A stretch of DNA of 63,803 bases, the filler included, from Choristocarpus tenellus KU-1152 (taxonomy: Eukaryota > Protista > Phaeophyceae): the NCBI GenBank assembly GCA_964200185.2. It is 13 parts of 13 records of this genome, joined end to end, with 100 filler letters (N's around TTAATTAATTAA, not from the genome) between each part and the next. Parts side by side here need not be neighbours in the genome. Positions count along the whole stretch, not along the records: positions 37,672 to 47,897 come from CAXNAD020003059.1; positions 47,998 to 51,392 come from CAXNAD020020323.1; 11 more parts are not named here. One strand, 5' to 3'. A program made the position numbers and the translations under genes. Below the pieces are notes generated by a model, which saw nothing but the letters and a program-made list of their open reading frames with translations, did not search any database and had not been told where the DNA came from. This document shows positions 38,261-50,930 of the stretch, piece after piece (position 1 is the stretch's first letter; each line of letters begins with the position of its first letter).

Positions 38261-40426
38261 TATAAAAAGTATTGTCAGCGGTGTATATGTAAAATTGGAG
38301 TATAAGCTAAAACGCTATATAAAAAAACCACTAACAAATATCTTGGTTGCCAAGAATATCTAATTTGGACTAAAACTTGTTTGCCAGACGTTCTCTCTTA
38401 CTATATTTTTTGGTATGATGTTCGTATCAATGAAGGTGTCAACAGGAAAAATGGATTGATGACATATTGCAGGTGTGTCAGGGGAGGGAAAAACAGAGAA
38501 TACAAACTACAAGAACTTCGGATACTATAGTTGCCATTGCTGAGATACCTCCCTAAGATACATAATACTATTTGAATACTAAATATACCATGTCTCAAGG
38601 GAGATTGCCCTCCTGCTAACCAATGTTCACACTGCTTTGCTCCCAGCCTATAGTCCTACAACGGTGAACGAGGAGCTAGATGCTAATCCCAAGGATCTGT
38701 CAGGTTCCTTGTGCCTGTCTGCCCAGTGCCTCCAGCTTGAAACGCATTTCATGCCTCAGAAGAGCGACTTGTTCAGTGAAGGAGATTATCTGTCTCAAAA
38801 GAGTCTTGACAGTCCCTTTCCAACAGTAACCCGTTGCCCCTCTCACCCATCAGCGTGGGTAACCAACTCATCAACTAATATGAAACCCTGTACGAGAGCA
38901 ATATTGTTCGGTTATAAGTAATGAATGCATCTTTGAATTTTGGTCAGGAAATGTTTTCCTGAAAGAGAAACTCTACACTACTACTGAACATGAGTACTGA
39001 CTATAAATATACTTGTGTGTATGGTGTCAAAAATACAGCGGAAAGAGTAGAACCTGAACAACACACCAATTTGTCACAGAATAGACCCCCTCTAAGATAG
39101 TGGGCCTCTTATTTGTACCCAAAAAAATGTGACCAAATTTATTGTGCAGTACCAAGGCCCTTAGAAGTACTTCAGTACAGAGTATATTATGACTGTACTT
39201 CAGTAGTAGGAATAATCCACCTTGAAACTTTCCTGTTTGCAGATATTCTCTTTTTCTTGAGCTTGAGCTGGTAACCCTTACCACTACATAGTCATTTCCA
39301 CATTAGGCTAGGCAAGGAAGTGGTGCTGTATCCTAGATCTATTCGCCATAATACAATACACACTTTCCGGTGTATGAAATGTCTGGGTTCTTTTGCACGT
39401 TCTTTGATTCTTGTTACCATCCCCTCACCAATCTCCACCGTGTAATTGTAAGCTCACAAGAGCTCTAATCAATGACATCACAAGACGACCTCAAAACTGA
39501 CGAGCCCCACTACTCTACTCAGAGTTGAGTCTCTTGACCTGTCACTTCTAGGATTGTGCCCCTCTGTATGTACTAGAAAACCCTGCTGCACTAATACATG
39601 ATTTATACAATAAATCTTGAATGAAACTATCTGAAAAGTATTACTAAAACAACCACAACAATGTGTGTACTTAAATCTAAAGGCAAATGACTTGTTTGAA
39701 ATTCGCCCATATACACATTTACTCTACACACACTGAGAGGGGATGTGCAGTAACGGGGACAAACCACAGGCAGTCCTCAAGAATTTCCTTTGAAAATAAA
39801 TGTGAAGACCCACTGTTAGGCCCCAATCTGACACATTTCCATTCCCCTGTGTCTGAATAATGAATGCTCGCTACAATAGCTTCTTGCGTAACAAACAGTC
39901 TACACCATATTACAATGCATCTTCCCCAACATTCACATATGAAGAGTCAAAGACCTACACATTTGATGGAAATTCTTAAGGCCAACCAATAGGGCACTCC
40001 CCCCCCCCTCTCTTTGACCTCTCCATTCCCGTGTAACAAAGAACACAAAAAACTGCAGGACAGAATGACTGGGTCTAATATTGTCACCCTAGATGCCACC
40101 AAAAACAACGTCATGGACTCCTCCACACATTGGCCCTGGTGAATTGTTGCACCAATCACGAGTCCGTTGATCAGGTTTGTTCATGCCTGTTTTAGCGACA
40201 ATCTATCATCCCAAAAACGTGTTAAGAACAAACGAACAAGACTCCCGTCAATAAGCCAAAAAACATATGATACCTCATAAAGCAGCGAAACAACAGCAGC
40301 TATATATATGCACCAAAACTAGAATGAAATTAAAACAACTCTTTCGCTCTCCTACAGAATAAAATCCTCATCCAAGACCTACCCAAGTGGGTCGTTTGAT
40401 CTTTCACTCTTTAGTTGTCCCCATCC

Positions 40427-43400
40427 TTACTGGACAGAAAAGGTCATGTCTGCCTTCCTAAACCTCTCCAGCAGAGGCAGACCCATGGCAACAGCTGTCG
40501 TGAGAATACCCCCCGCCTTGTAGGTGATCTTGTCTTCATCCATCACAAGGCATAGACCGCATTCCCCCAGCATCTGCAAAGATGTCATGACAGTTACAAT
40601 TCACAGGAAGCAATGCAAGAAGCCAAGAGGTGCCAAGGGTTCAGCATTTGTCCCCAATATGTGTTGGAACATCCACAGCCCAAGCAAGCACAGAGTGTTG
40701 GTTCACCCTTCACATTAGCCCCAGCCCCACAACTACCCATACCAAAATGTCCTCACTCTAACAAAGACTTTGACTCAGTGAGAAAGGACACTTCACAAGT
40801 CCAACGACAATCAGTCTAAGAGCACAAAGAGCAAGTGCCCCAGACAACACATTCCAGGTGTCAACTACTGTCTTACCTTGGCAGTCTCCTTGTAGCCACT
40901 GTCCCCCTTGTCACTTCCAACCACTCCTTTCACGACTAGGCTATCGGCTCCGGAGCCAGCCTTGGCAATGAAGTCGACCCAGAAGTATCCTGAATCCCTC
41001 GTTTCCTTTGAAGGGCCCTGGCCTTGACCTTTTGAGGGGGAGGGAGATAAGGTGATGGAAAGAGGCTCACACAAAGACTCCAAACCTTCCACCAACTTAA
41101 CCACAATCTCACCCTAGTACCAAGGGTCGATTCAGTAATGGAGAGAACGCACATAGCACCCCAGAAGTTTCCCATACAGCAAACAAGGTGACCATGCCTG
41201 ACAAGGAGAAGTTCGATACTACAGATCCCTCATCCCAAAGTATATTACATGAGACATCAAATAGACTTATCTCAAAGTGAGAAAACGGCCTCCTGAGCTT
41301 TTTAGTATAATCTCATTACAGTCATTGAACAATCAAGGCACTAGGGCAGAGTAGTCGTTACTATTGAAGCGGTCAAATCACTTTTCCAATTCAATATTTT
41401 TTTAGGAAGGAAAGCACAATGCTTTTTGCGTGCAGGTGTGGGTGGGGATCAAACCTGGCAAGACACACTTCAGAAGGCTCCGAGTAGGGGGCAAGTACAC
41501 CAGAAAGCTAAACAAGGACAGCACCATAGATGTCAACAAGGCTGGTATTAGGGTCACGAATTGACCCTGTCCAGTTAAGTACACAGTCAAACAGGTTCAG
41601 CATGCAAGAACATCAAATGGAGGTAAGCAAAGGAGGGACAGCACAAAGGGAAGGAGGGATGGTCAGAAAGTTGAGTGCTTTTGAGTGCAGAGGAATGCGA
41701 TAAATCAATATAGTGCACATGCCAGAAAAAGAAAAATCACAATTTGAAGACATCTCCCGCAAAAAAAAAAACTTACTGATCAAGTGGTGAGTCATGCAAA
41801 ACACACCAATGTCATCTGGATTAAAAATAATAATAATAACTCAGTGAGTCGTGGGTAGGTACGCTTGTCCAGGGATGAGGGTATACTTCATTCTTTTTTC
41901 ATTTTCCATGAGTGACATGTAAAGTCCTAACTTTATAGCAGATGAAATTCTCTACATACACAATATAATCACAGAGGTGAGACAAGTCTCCTACCCACCT
42001 TCTACCTATCAACAAACACATCCGTACCTTTTTTTTTTTCAATGTAAGGACAATAAGAATGAAAAAACTCTTGTGGAAATCGTAATCGGACCTAAAAAAA
42101 TAAAACAACCATACAAATGATGCTTACTATTAGTGGGCTATGGTAGGCAGACCCAAGCACAAACAAGCATCGCAAGACAGAAAGACCTGTCATGGAAAGC
42201 TTTAAAATACCCATTCTTGTGACTTGGGCTTAGATAAACATGCACAAAAATATCATCCTAATCTCAGAACCACAATAAGGTACATCACCCACAAGAGCTC
42301 CTCTTGCACACCACAAGGAGAATCAAAGCACAGAAAAAAAAGGTTTCAGGCTCAAGAGATACAATTGAAGTCACTAGACTGTCCTCACAAGCCATGCAGA
42401 CAGGTATCCACATTGCACTATAATAAACTGCGAGAAGTTGCCTGGTTAGTAGTTTGTAAGCTATGGCAAAAATCATCACTAACCTGCAAAAGGCATCTGG
42501 CAATGCAGCTGCTCAGCTGTGTGATACTCAAGCTTCAGTGAAAAACCAAAGCCAAGTCTGTCAGTCAATGTAATATCTACAGATTGCCCATGTGAAGGTT
42601 GATTTTCCTACTCCACTGCTACTGTTCCCTGCTTGCAAGTAGTATAGTACAAAACAAGTATGCTCCTTTGCTTGTTGCTTGTCATCATCCTATTACAACT
42701 CTACAAAATTACTGTTTATCCTCGACAACCAAGATAGCAAACCACCTCAGCCAGGTAGGTCATGACCCTGTGTCCTCTTGACATTTTAAAGACATTAAGG
42801 CACCACTCCACCACCTGGGTACTAACTAACCCTGCCACACTACTTACCTCAGTTGATCAGTAGTACCTCAATACCTTGACACTGGTATATGGGGGAAGTA
42901 CAAGAGGGTAAATGAACTCATCTCACCTTCTTGGACCCAAACACCTCCTGGTATCTAAAGTCATCACCATAACCCAGCACAGCAGCACTTCGATACACTA
43001 TCTTAGAGTCATGTGTAGCACAGACAAAATGGCTTGTCCACCCTGAACAGTGAATGGGAGGGAGGGGTGAGAGCAAGGATGGGGAAAGCTTCCCAGTATC
43101 TATGTCTATGGTGTCCTCATACTATGAAAGTACCTAATGATAACATCAAAGGCTTCTTCACAAAGCTAACCCTAACCCTAACCCGTTCAATAAGTGACTC
43201 CACAAAAAAATTCTTAACTCTGCCAGCAAGCGGTTACTGCATTGCAGGCATTCGTCCTTTGAAAGCAGGAGAGTCCTCAAGAAACCTATGAAATAGCACA
43301 GTGAGTGTCCACTATCCAGGAAAGGTTTCACAACTTTGGGAAATGCTCTATATCAAAACAAAACAGCACAGATTTTTTCTCTCAAACGGAACAAAAATCA

Positions 43401-46400
43401 CAGGTAGTCCGTCCTGAGAGTGGTCAAATGAGAGTGGTCAAATACACTTCTGAAAAATCTCCTATACACTCCAACAAAGGCTCCGAGGACACGGTGGTCA
43501 CCCTGTTCACATGCATTGCACACCCTCTTACAGCCTTGTCAGTCCACCAGATACTGCACACAACAGCGATGAACATTAGGAAAAGTGACACATAAAATCT
43601 ATATAACAAACCCTACCCTCTCAAAACCATCCAGAAAACCTGTAACAAACCCCACCCTCTCAAAAAACATGGAGAAAATCTATAACAAACCCTATCCTCT
43701 CCAACGGCTCACAGCTCAAATTTCCCCATTCAATTTGTTCCCAAGAGTCAAAACTCTGCGAATAAACCCTAACCCTACCTTGAATATCCGAGTCATATCC
43801 AAAACCGCCCACAGGCCTTCTCTCTGAAGCAGTGGGGGTATCGGCCAGAGGAGAAAGCAGAAGAGGATCATTCATCTGCTTCATTGTACTCTTTCCTCCC
43901 TTCCAGAGTTTGTCAGAAACATCCATCACAGAAGCAATTGTCCCGCCGCTGCAGTATGATGTATGTCGACAGATAGTACAACTACGTGTTACAAGTGTTC
44001 ACCAACTCAGCTCAAGGCAGATATTCTTTTTTTTATAAAAAAGGTCAGTGATACTACTATCTGTGTCTTTCACACCTAGGAAATAATAAGAAGTTTGAGG
44101 AAATTTGAAACATCAACAAGACAAAAGATTTCTCCAACAAGATGATTGGAAAACCAAAGCAGCGGTCAGTCCATTCCAAAATCAAATAACAGCAAGTGCA
44201 AATCAAGAACGGATTGTAAAATATAGAACAACTGAGACCAATGAACGAATTTAACCTACTAAAAACAAGAGCAAATGTAGTTCATTGGGGCACTGCACCA
44301 GGAGGCTGAAGCCACGCAGCTGCAAAGACTCAAGTCTGGCTCAACTTCAGCAGAAAAAAAAAAAATGCAATAGACTTCGCCATAAAAGGAATTGCGGGAT
44401 ACAGATCATTTTTAAAATTTTCTACAAAAATTTGGAAGGCCAATTAGCAGATGCTGTACAGAGTGACATGGTAGCTAGTACCATCAGCCATAACCAAACA
44501 TATCATTTGAGAATTGCTGATCTATGGTTGAGCGCTCTTATGTTCACCCTAAACATTTCATTAAAAGTTATCCCAATGCAATTCTACAGATTCTTAGTCG
44601 GCTTGGAATTATTATTATTCAATTCTTCTGCCGTGAAGTCATACGCTGCTATTGCTCTATTTACGTCCAAGGGTGTGGAATTTAATGCCCTTTTCAACCA
44701 TTTCAATATCATCCTTAATGACTGTTTAATTGACACTTCCGCCTTAGCAACATCTTCTTTACAATCGCAGTCGTGAACTTTCCGTTACTATTTTATCTTA
44801 CAACAACCTCTCAGCAAGCTCCTTTACCTCTGTTGCACTAGCATTAGACCATCCTTCTTAAAGTCTCATCGCTCAGCAAGAGAAAACAAACATGGAGGTG
44901 ACAGTACATTGCAATGGTGCTGACTACCGGACATCACAAATGAACAACACCGTACACCAAGCAAGAATAAAATTTCCCTCATTGGGAGCTTGATTAATTG
45001 GTTTCCGGTTATGTCCAAAATGACCACTCGTCAATCACTAATATATCACATTCATACATACATACATACATACATACATATACAAACTCAGAAATAATCT
45101 AGCAATAATGGTGCTACTGACTGATCAGAAGTTAGAACCTTTCTAAAAGTTCAACTACTTTTTCAGCGCCATTCCACCATTTTTTCTCATGAAAAATGAC
45201 AGCATAACAAATCAAGGGACCAGGGTGGCAAAAGCAGGAGATGGCAGTGCTCCAACAAAGGAGCTGTACAAGTAGTCAAACACACTGAAAGAGAAGAAAG
45301 GACCGCTGAGGGAGGACTAGAAGATGGTACAAAAGTATGCATAAAATACAAATGAAGATTGCACTACCATTCTTCGCTTGTCGCAGTGAATCTAACAATG
45401 GTGTTGCAAGTACATAAACTCAAAAGCTCAGGAATTCGTCACCAAGGCATTGACCTCTTTCACGTTCCAACCTCACCTGACCCCACCCTTCATATCCCGC
45501 AAATAGTATTTCACAGCATTGGGGCTGCGGCCATGGACTCTCTTCATGTGTTCCACCATCATGAAAGCACCCATGTCCTGCAGGGTTTGTACCAAACATT
45601 GCAGGGTTGGAGGCAAAAGCGTAGGACCAATACAGGACCGACAAGGACTTCATGTTGTCGATATCTAAGAGAAAGGTTGTTGTCAATACCTCACCGCCGG
45701 TACAGAATCAAATCCACAGCTTGGGATGATCTTGGCTCCAGTACGTTCCGCCTCCTTCTGATACTTCTCGATGATATCCTTCACCCATAGTGACTCCCCT
45801 GTTAGGTCGCAATAGTGGGTACCTGCGGCGACGCACGCAGCCACCAGCTTGTCCCCATAGATTGCAAAGGGTCCTACTGTGGTAACGACGACCTGGCCGT
45901 TATTTCCCAGTTGTGTTGCAGATGATCGGCGCACACACATCGCACACAATGTTGGCAACGCAAGACCGTCCATTGGGCGACAGGAACATGCACACCAACC
46001 ATCAAAGAGTAAGGTACGGCATGTAGATTCAACGCTACAAGACAAGTGAGTCGAAACAAGCAAGGATTTTTACGGAGTTGTCTGGGAAAAGGTTCAGAGG
46101 GAGGATTGCTCATCCGTTCAACATGTTGGACAAGTGTGCACCTTTGTCTGAGAGGCCAGGCGATCCAAAGATTCCTCGTCGTTGCTATCGGCCGTGATTG
46201 TGGGTATGCTCGAAGCAGCGGTGTCTATCTCTGAAGATAATCGATCCTTAAGCGCCTTTAGCTTATCCTCTGACCTGATATATGACGAGAGAGATTGGCA
46301 CTTAGAACAAAAAAGAGACCTAAGCCCTCACCCTGACATTGTCCTGCATCTGAGGGGGAGTACTAACCGACCAGCCAAAGCCCACTTGAAGCCAGATGGA

Positions 46401-46657
46401 CTGGCACCATATGTTGAGAGATAGTACTCTGCCACCAAGGACCCCGTAAACCCAGTCGCGCCCCAAACTACCACATCGAAGGTCTTCGAGGATGCTGACA
46501 TTGCCAAGTGAGATCTCCTGCTTGTTAATGGGGTATTCCCAGCAAAAGTCACTACTTTATGACCAGGTAAACCAGTGGAAAAGGCTAGGGAACCTACGAC
46601 TGAGAAAAAGGCGAGGCAGACAAGCAGTAACCCACGGGAAGGCTTTGAACGGAGCAT
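40427..46657 (-). CDS. SCCPDH: Saccharopine dehydrogenase-like oxidoreductase (SCCPDH/trans-acting enoyl reductase family), complete, 9 exons, 472 aa, predicted plastid-targeted
   Basis: Exons 46657-46368, 46274-46142, 45892-45695, 45577-45477, 43948-43779, 43042-42927, 41566-41455, 41028-40877 and 40573-40427 (1419 nt, all GT-AG, in frame). Motifs VVWGATGFTG, ALAGR, VGPF..YG, YCDLTGE, CGFDSVPADMG, SGGTIAS, GQGPS, GYKETAKML, GGILT. The symbol denotes the family; orthology is untested. Confidence 0.95.
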
Positions 46658-47051
46658 ACAGATGTGTAGAAGAGGTTAGTTTCGAGATTGTCATCACGTT
46701 CATATTTCATCGGGATATTTCATCGGGACCTTTTTTTCTTATTTTGGGGATATGTATTGATAAATAAATACTTTATCGCAGTCGTTTTGATTTTGGATAT
46801 CTTTCAGTGTTTGGAATATATATAATAATATCCCTCTTAACATTTTACAGGTGTGTAAGGAAAAAGACATCACATACCACAATAATAATAATAAAATATC
46901 TTTCGTCTCCAGTAGTAGTAGAGCGTTGTACTAAAGGAGGTTCGCTATCGAAAAACTTACATATCACCTTGATTTCTGGTGGAGGTATTTTTCATTATCA
47001 AACCATGGAACTTCTCATGTCAAGTGTAAAACAATATGCCCTACTGGTAGA

Positions 47052-47579
47052 AGCGCAGGCCACCTCCCATCTTGCACACTCATCCACTCGCAATGGTAGC
47101 CGCTACTACTACTGCAGGTGAGGCGCAAAAGCGCACCCACTCACTCTGAGGGCTCTTTTGATCCTCGTAATTATAATCTCAACACCTTAGCAGCGGAAAG
47201 TTTTGGGCACCTCAGCAAGCAAGCGGAATGCTTCCTGTATGAGCTGGCTACACACATGGTGGGGGGAAGAGGAACTGGAGGATATAGCAGGAAAGAAGCG
47301 GTTAAATCCTGGCTACGCCAAATTGTCCCAGTAAGTACACAAGTAGCACTGTCTAGACTTGTCATGCCTTTTAAGCTGAAGTCACCAGGGAGATGGCTAT
47401 GGAGGGGTATTGGATTCTTGGGATGCCTCCCTAGCTCCTCCCCTCAGGGTACAGGTATAGGTAGATTGGAGACACAGGAGGGCATTAGTACAACATAGTG
47501 GTGAAGTAACAAATGGATTAGGGTTTTTCACATTCATGATATTTTATTTCTTTAGGGTTTATACTGACAATATGTATAG
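47052..47579 (+). mobile_element. CRE-like retrotransposon 3' fragment (longest coding remnant)
   Basis: QATSHLAHSSTRNG..(frameshift) EAQKRTH..SFDPRNYNLNTLAAESFGHLSKQAECFLYELATH..LRQIVPVSTQVALSR; fits the E-x-x-K and 'lavEtfG' RLE-tail pattern. Confidence 0.8.
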
Positions 47580-47609
47580 GGAATAGGTAGACATGTTTCG
47601 GCTCTACAG

Positions 47610-47885
47610 GATGGCGTAGCCCGGACGGAAAATCGAACGAGCACCCAAGGGGATGGGGTCGGAGAGGTGGTAGAGGCACACGGCGATGGTAGCAGGGAGA
47701 GGGACTCGCCCCTACACAGCTACGAGGAGGAGGAGGAGGAGGCAGGAGAGGAGGTTATAAGAGATATTACAGGGCTTCAAAGGCCAGCCTCCCCCACCAG
47801 GGACCCCAACCCTCGCCTATCCCAGCAACCACGCCAGCTTACACCGGAACACTGTGCGATCTGTCTCTCCAAGATACAACAGCCA
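47610..47885 (+). CDS. Probable exon of a RING-finger protein (truncated by contig end)
   Basis: CTACAG acceptor; open frame with an acidic stretch ending EHCAICLSKIQQP, a typical RING start. Confidence 0.55.
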
Positions 47886-48011
47886 GTACTCCCTTTCNNN
47901 NNNNNNNNNNNNNNNNNNNNNNNNNNNNNNNNNNNNNNNNNTTAATTAATTAANNNNNNNNNNNNNNNNNNNNNNNNNNNNNNNNNNNNNNNNNNNNTTC
48001 ATAACAAATAG

Positions 48012-48245
48012 GGGGTGTACCCTTTTTGTGACGTGCGCTTTATCTACGTTGGGGTGCCCACCACAGGGCGATACAGTAAGTACCTTACATGCTGGGGGGT
48101 TGTTGTTGTTTGATGCTGGTGATTGAGTAGGATGTGGTTTCTCTTGAAAAGAGAGGCCTTTCCCTTTTGCACGTATGGAAAGAGGCTTGCGTTAGTAAAC
48201 ATCCTTCTCTCTTTTGTTCTCCCTACACAACTCAACCTTTTTCAA

Positions 48246-48284
<39 letters not shown>

Positions 48285-49540
48285 ACAACCCACCCCACCA
48301 CCCATGACCCCGCCCCTNNNNNNNNNNTGGAAAGGGGCTTGCTTTTGTAAACACCCCCCCCCCTTTTTTTCCCCCCCCCCCACCCCACCTTTTTCCAGGC
48401 CCCCCCCCCCCCCCCCAACATCGTGAAAAAGCTCATTACCTTCACAGGAGAGGTTGTCCCTGTTCTGCACCGATGAAGAGGAAGAGGCGTTACTAAGTGC
48501 TTCAAAAATTGGAAAGGCTACAGGGCCGGCTACAGGGCCGCTACCGGCACAACCCCCGAGGAACAAGAACGCCACGTCTTCTCCGTTGCGTCTCAACAAC
48601 GCCAATCTGACCACTCCTGCCATCGCTGCCTGGGGAATTGATCCAGTATCCACTGGAGGTGTTGACTCGGCATTGCGAGCACCGAGTTGCCTCCAGTGGT
48701 CAAATGTGGTCCTCTCGACAGAGGGCCATCCTTTCCTGAAGAACGCTCTGGAGCGCGAGTGGGAGCAAGTGGGACAGCCCAGAGCTACTGCTGCCGCTGC
48801 CACGAGGCCGGGATCGGCGTTATCGTCAGGAGTAAAAGGAGGAATGTCCCTTGAGGAGGAAGAGTGGGAGGAGGCGTTTGTTGCGTCAATGAAGATGGGA
48901 GCAGCGAAAGGTGGAGGTGTGTTTTTGGCGAGGGCGGGGGGGGGGGGAGCGGTTTGTGGGGTTGATGCCAGCTGCGCACAGGAGGAAGAGGGGGAGGAAG
49001 AAGAGGAGGGGAAGGAGGAAGGGCGGGTTCTGGCACATGAGTTTATCAAGGGCGAGGGGTCGGATAGTGGTTTTGTTGGGGGCGGGGGGGACGAGCAACT
49101 TGTGGCCGAGGCAGATGAGGAGCTTTTGGAGTTGGAGGTGAGCGCTATGTATATGGACTTGCTGTATTTCACGTATGTTGTTGATCGTGTTTTTGTACTT
49201 GACACTACATCACAGTAGTACAAACTGCCATGTCAATACTAGTAGCCCTAACCTTAACCCTAACCCTAACCCTAACCCTAACCCTAACCTCTTAGTATAA
49301 ACTAGATGAAGGTATTATTATTGATATTTCTGTAAGCTTTTAAATTATTATTTTTTGTAAGATGGGTCATTCGCCATCCGCCATCCTCATCGTCGCCATC
49401 GATAAAAGAACACCTCACCGGTGGGTGCTGAGCGAGGTATACTGACCAGGGGGAGAGGTGCAGGGGATGTATGTATTTGTGTCGTCATTGTTTCGTAGGA
49501 GGACGTGGGAGATTGGATGATGCTTCTGGATGCTGGAGGT
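48012..49540 (+). CDS. Exons of an unidentified low-complexity protein (main exon 48448-49137)
   Basis: Long GC-rich frame bounded by TCACAG| and GAG|GTGAG; smaller compatible exons at ~48012-48075, 48131-48171, 49362-49436 and 49499-49538. Confidence 0.6.
49245..49289. repeat. Interstitial telomeric repeat (CCCTAA)n
   Basis: About 7 units inside an intron; shorter tracts at 27852, 29331, 30434, 32438, 35226, 35542 and 43166. Confidence 0.9.
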
Positions 49541-50767
49541 GGGGGTAGGCAGAAGGTGGTGAATCTAGAGGCGAAAGAGAAGGAAGAAACGGAGAGGTGG
49601 AAGGCATAATTTTGGGGGACTGGGGGGAGGGGGGGTTATATGTACTGCCAGTGTGTACTAGATAGGAAATGCATAGATTGATTGGTATATGGGGATTTTT
49701 GTTTCCCATCCAAATGTTGGTGGAATTTTGAATAGTGTTGTTGGTATGGATAGTTATGCAAGTGGGTACATGAATGGTGTGATGTGATGATAGTATGTGA
49801 CTATCTTGTCAGAAGGATGAAACAAGCAACTTGTAGTAGTAGTAGTAGTAGTGTGTTCTTTTTCTTCTATTTAACACCTCTGACACAGGTTTGATATCAA
49901 ATCATTAAAAAAAAGTATAAAATTGTATTGTTTGTAGCAGTAGTAGCAGTAGTAGTAGTAGTAGTAGTAGTAGTCCTTTTTCTAGAAGGGCAGTATCTGG
50001 TTGGCAATAGTGTGTGTTTTGTAGTGTAGTGTAGGTTGGCAGGGAGGACGAAGAACAGGGATGTGTCTAACTCGTGGAAAGGAGTTGATAGGGGGAGGGC
50101 ATTTTTTTTTTCTTCTAATTTTCTCCTTTTTTTTTCACCCAGTAAATCATTTCTTTTTATTGTATGACATCGAGGTGTACAGGAGATGATGTTTCATTGT
50201 GCTCGAAAAAACGGTGACAGTACAGTAGAGCTTTTTTTTTTATGAGTAGATTTTTTTTTTTTCCTAATTAGAGAAAAAAATGGAAGTCGTCACAAGATCG
50301 AGAGATGCGTAGTGTTTTCAAGAGTGTTCAGACGATAATCACCATACCAAATTATATAGACAATCACCACACCAAATTATATTTAAAATAAAGCGTTTTA
50401 ATGTGAAACTTTTTATTATGATTTTTTTATTGATTTTTTTTTTTGTAAATACATGTATGTATGAACTTTTACTTCCATCTCTGTTCCTGACAGACCTAAA
50501 GATCCAACTTTATGTTCACTCACACACGCATGGAACACACAGGGAAGTCACACTAGATATTCCTGCCTGTGATAATTTGGACAAGTGTTAATCCGGTACC
50601 GTTGTTCCTTTTTAATGTTTTTTTTAATGTATTGGTGCTCACTGCCCTTGCGTTTCAACACTAGTTAGTGCACACAGAATAATTGTTACACAGCAGAGTA
50701 AGGAGCCTCTTTTTGTGTTACCTTGTAGTCCGGCCCTAACCCTTACACACTGAGGTGGTCGAGTTGG

Positions 50768-50930
50768 TGATTAATTTGTGTAGTAATATTTGACTATTAT
50801 GATTAATTCGTGTAGTAATATTTTATTATTAAGATTGATTTGTGTAGTAATATTTTATTATTAAGATTGATTTGTGTAGTACTATTTTACTATCAAGATT
50901 GATTCGTGTAGTAATATTTTACTATTAAGA
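50768..50930. repeat. ~32-bp minisatellite x ~5
   Basis: GATTGATTTGTGTAGTAATATTTTATTATTAA-like units. Confidence 0.88.

Noticed and set aside
38637-38921. Possible exons of a gene converging on the oxidoreductase
   Set aside because: Plausible splice sites but no consistent gene model or domain.
48192-49223. 343-aa minus-strand ORF
   Set aside because: Antisense shadow of a GC-rich + strand exon; it crosses an N gap and homopolymers, and splice signals favour the + strand.
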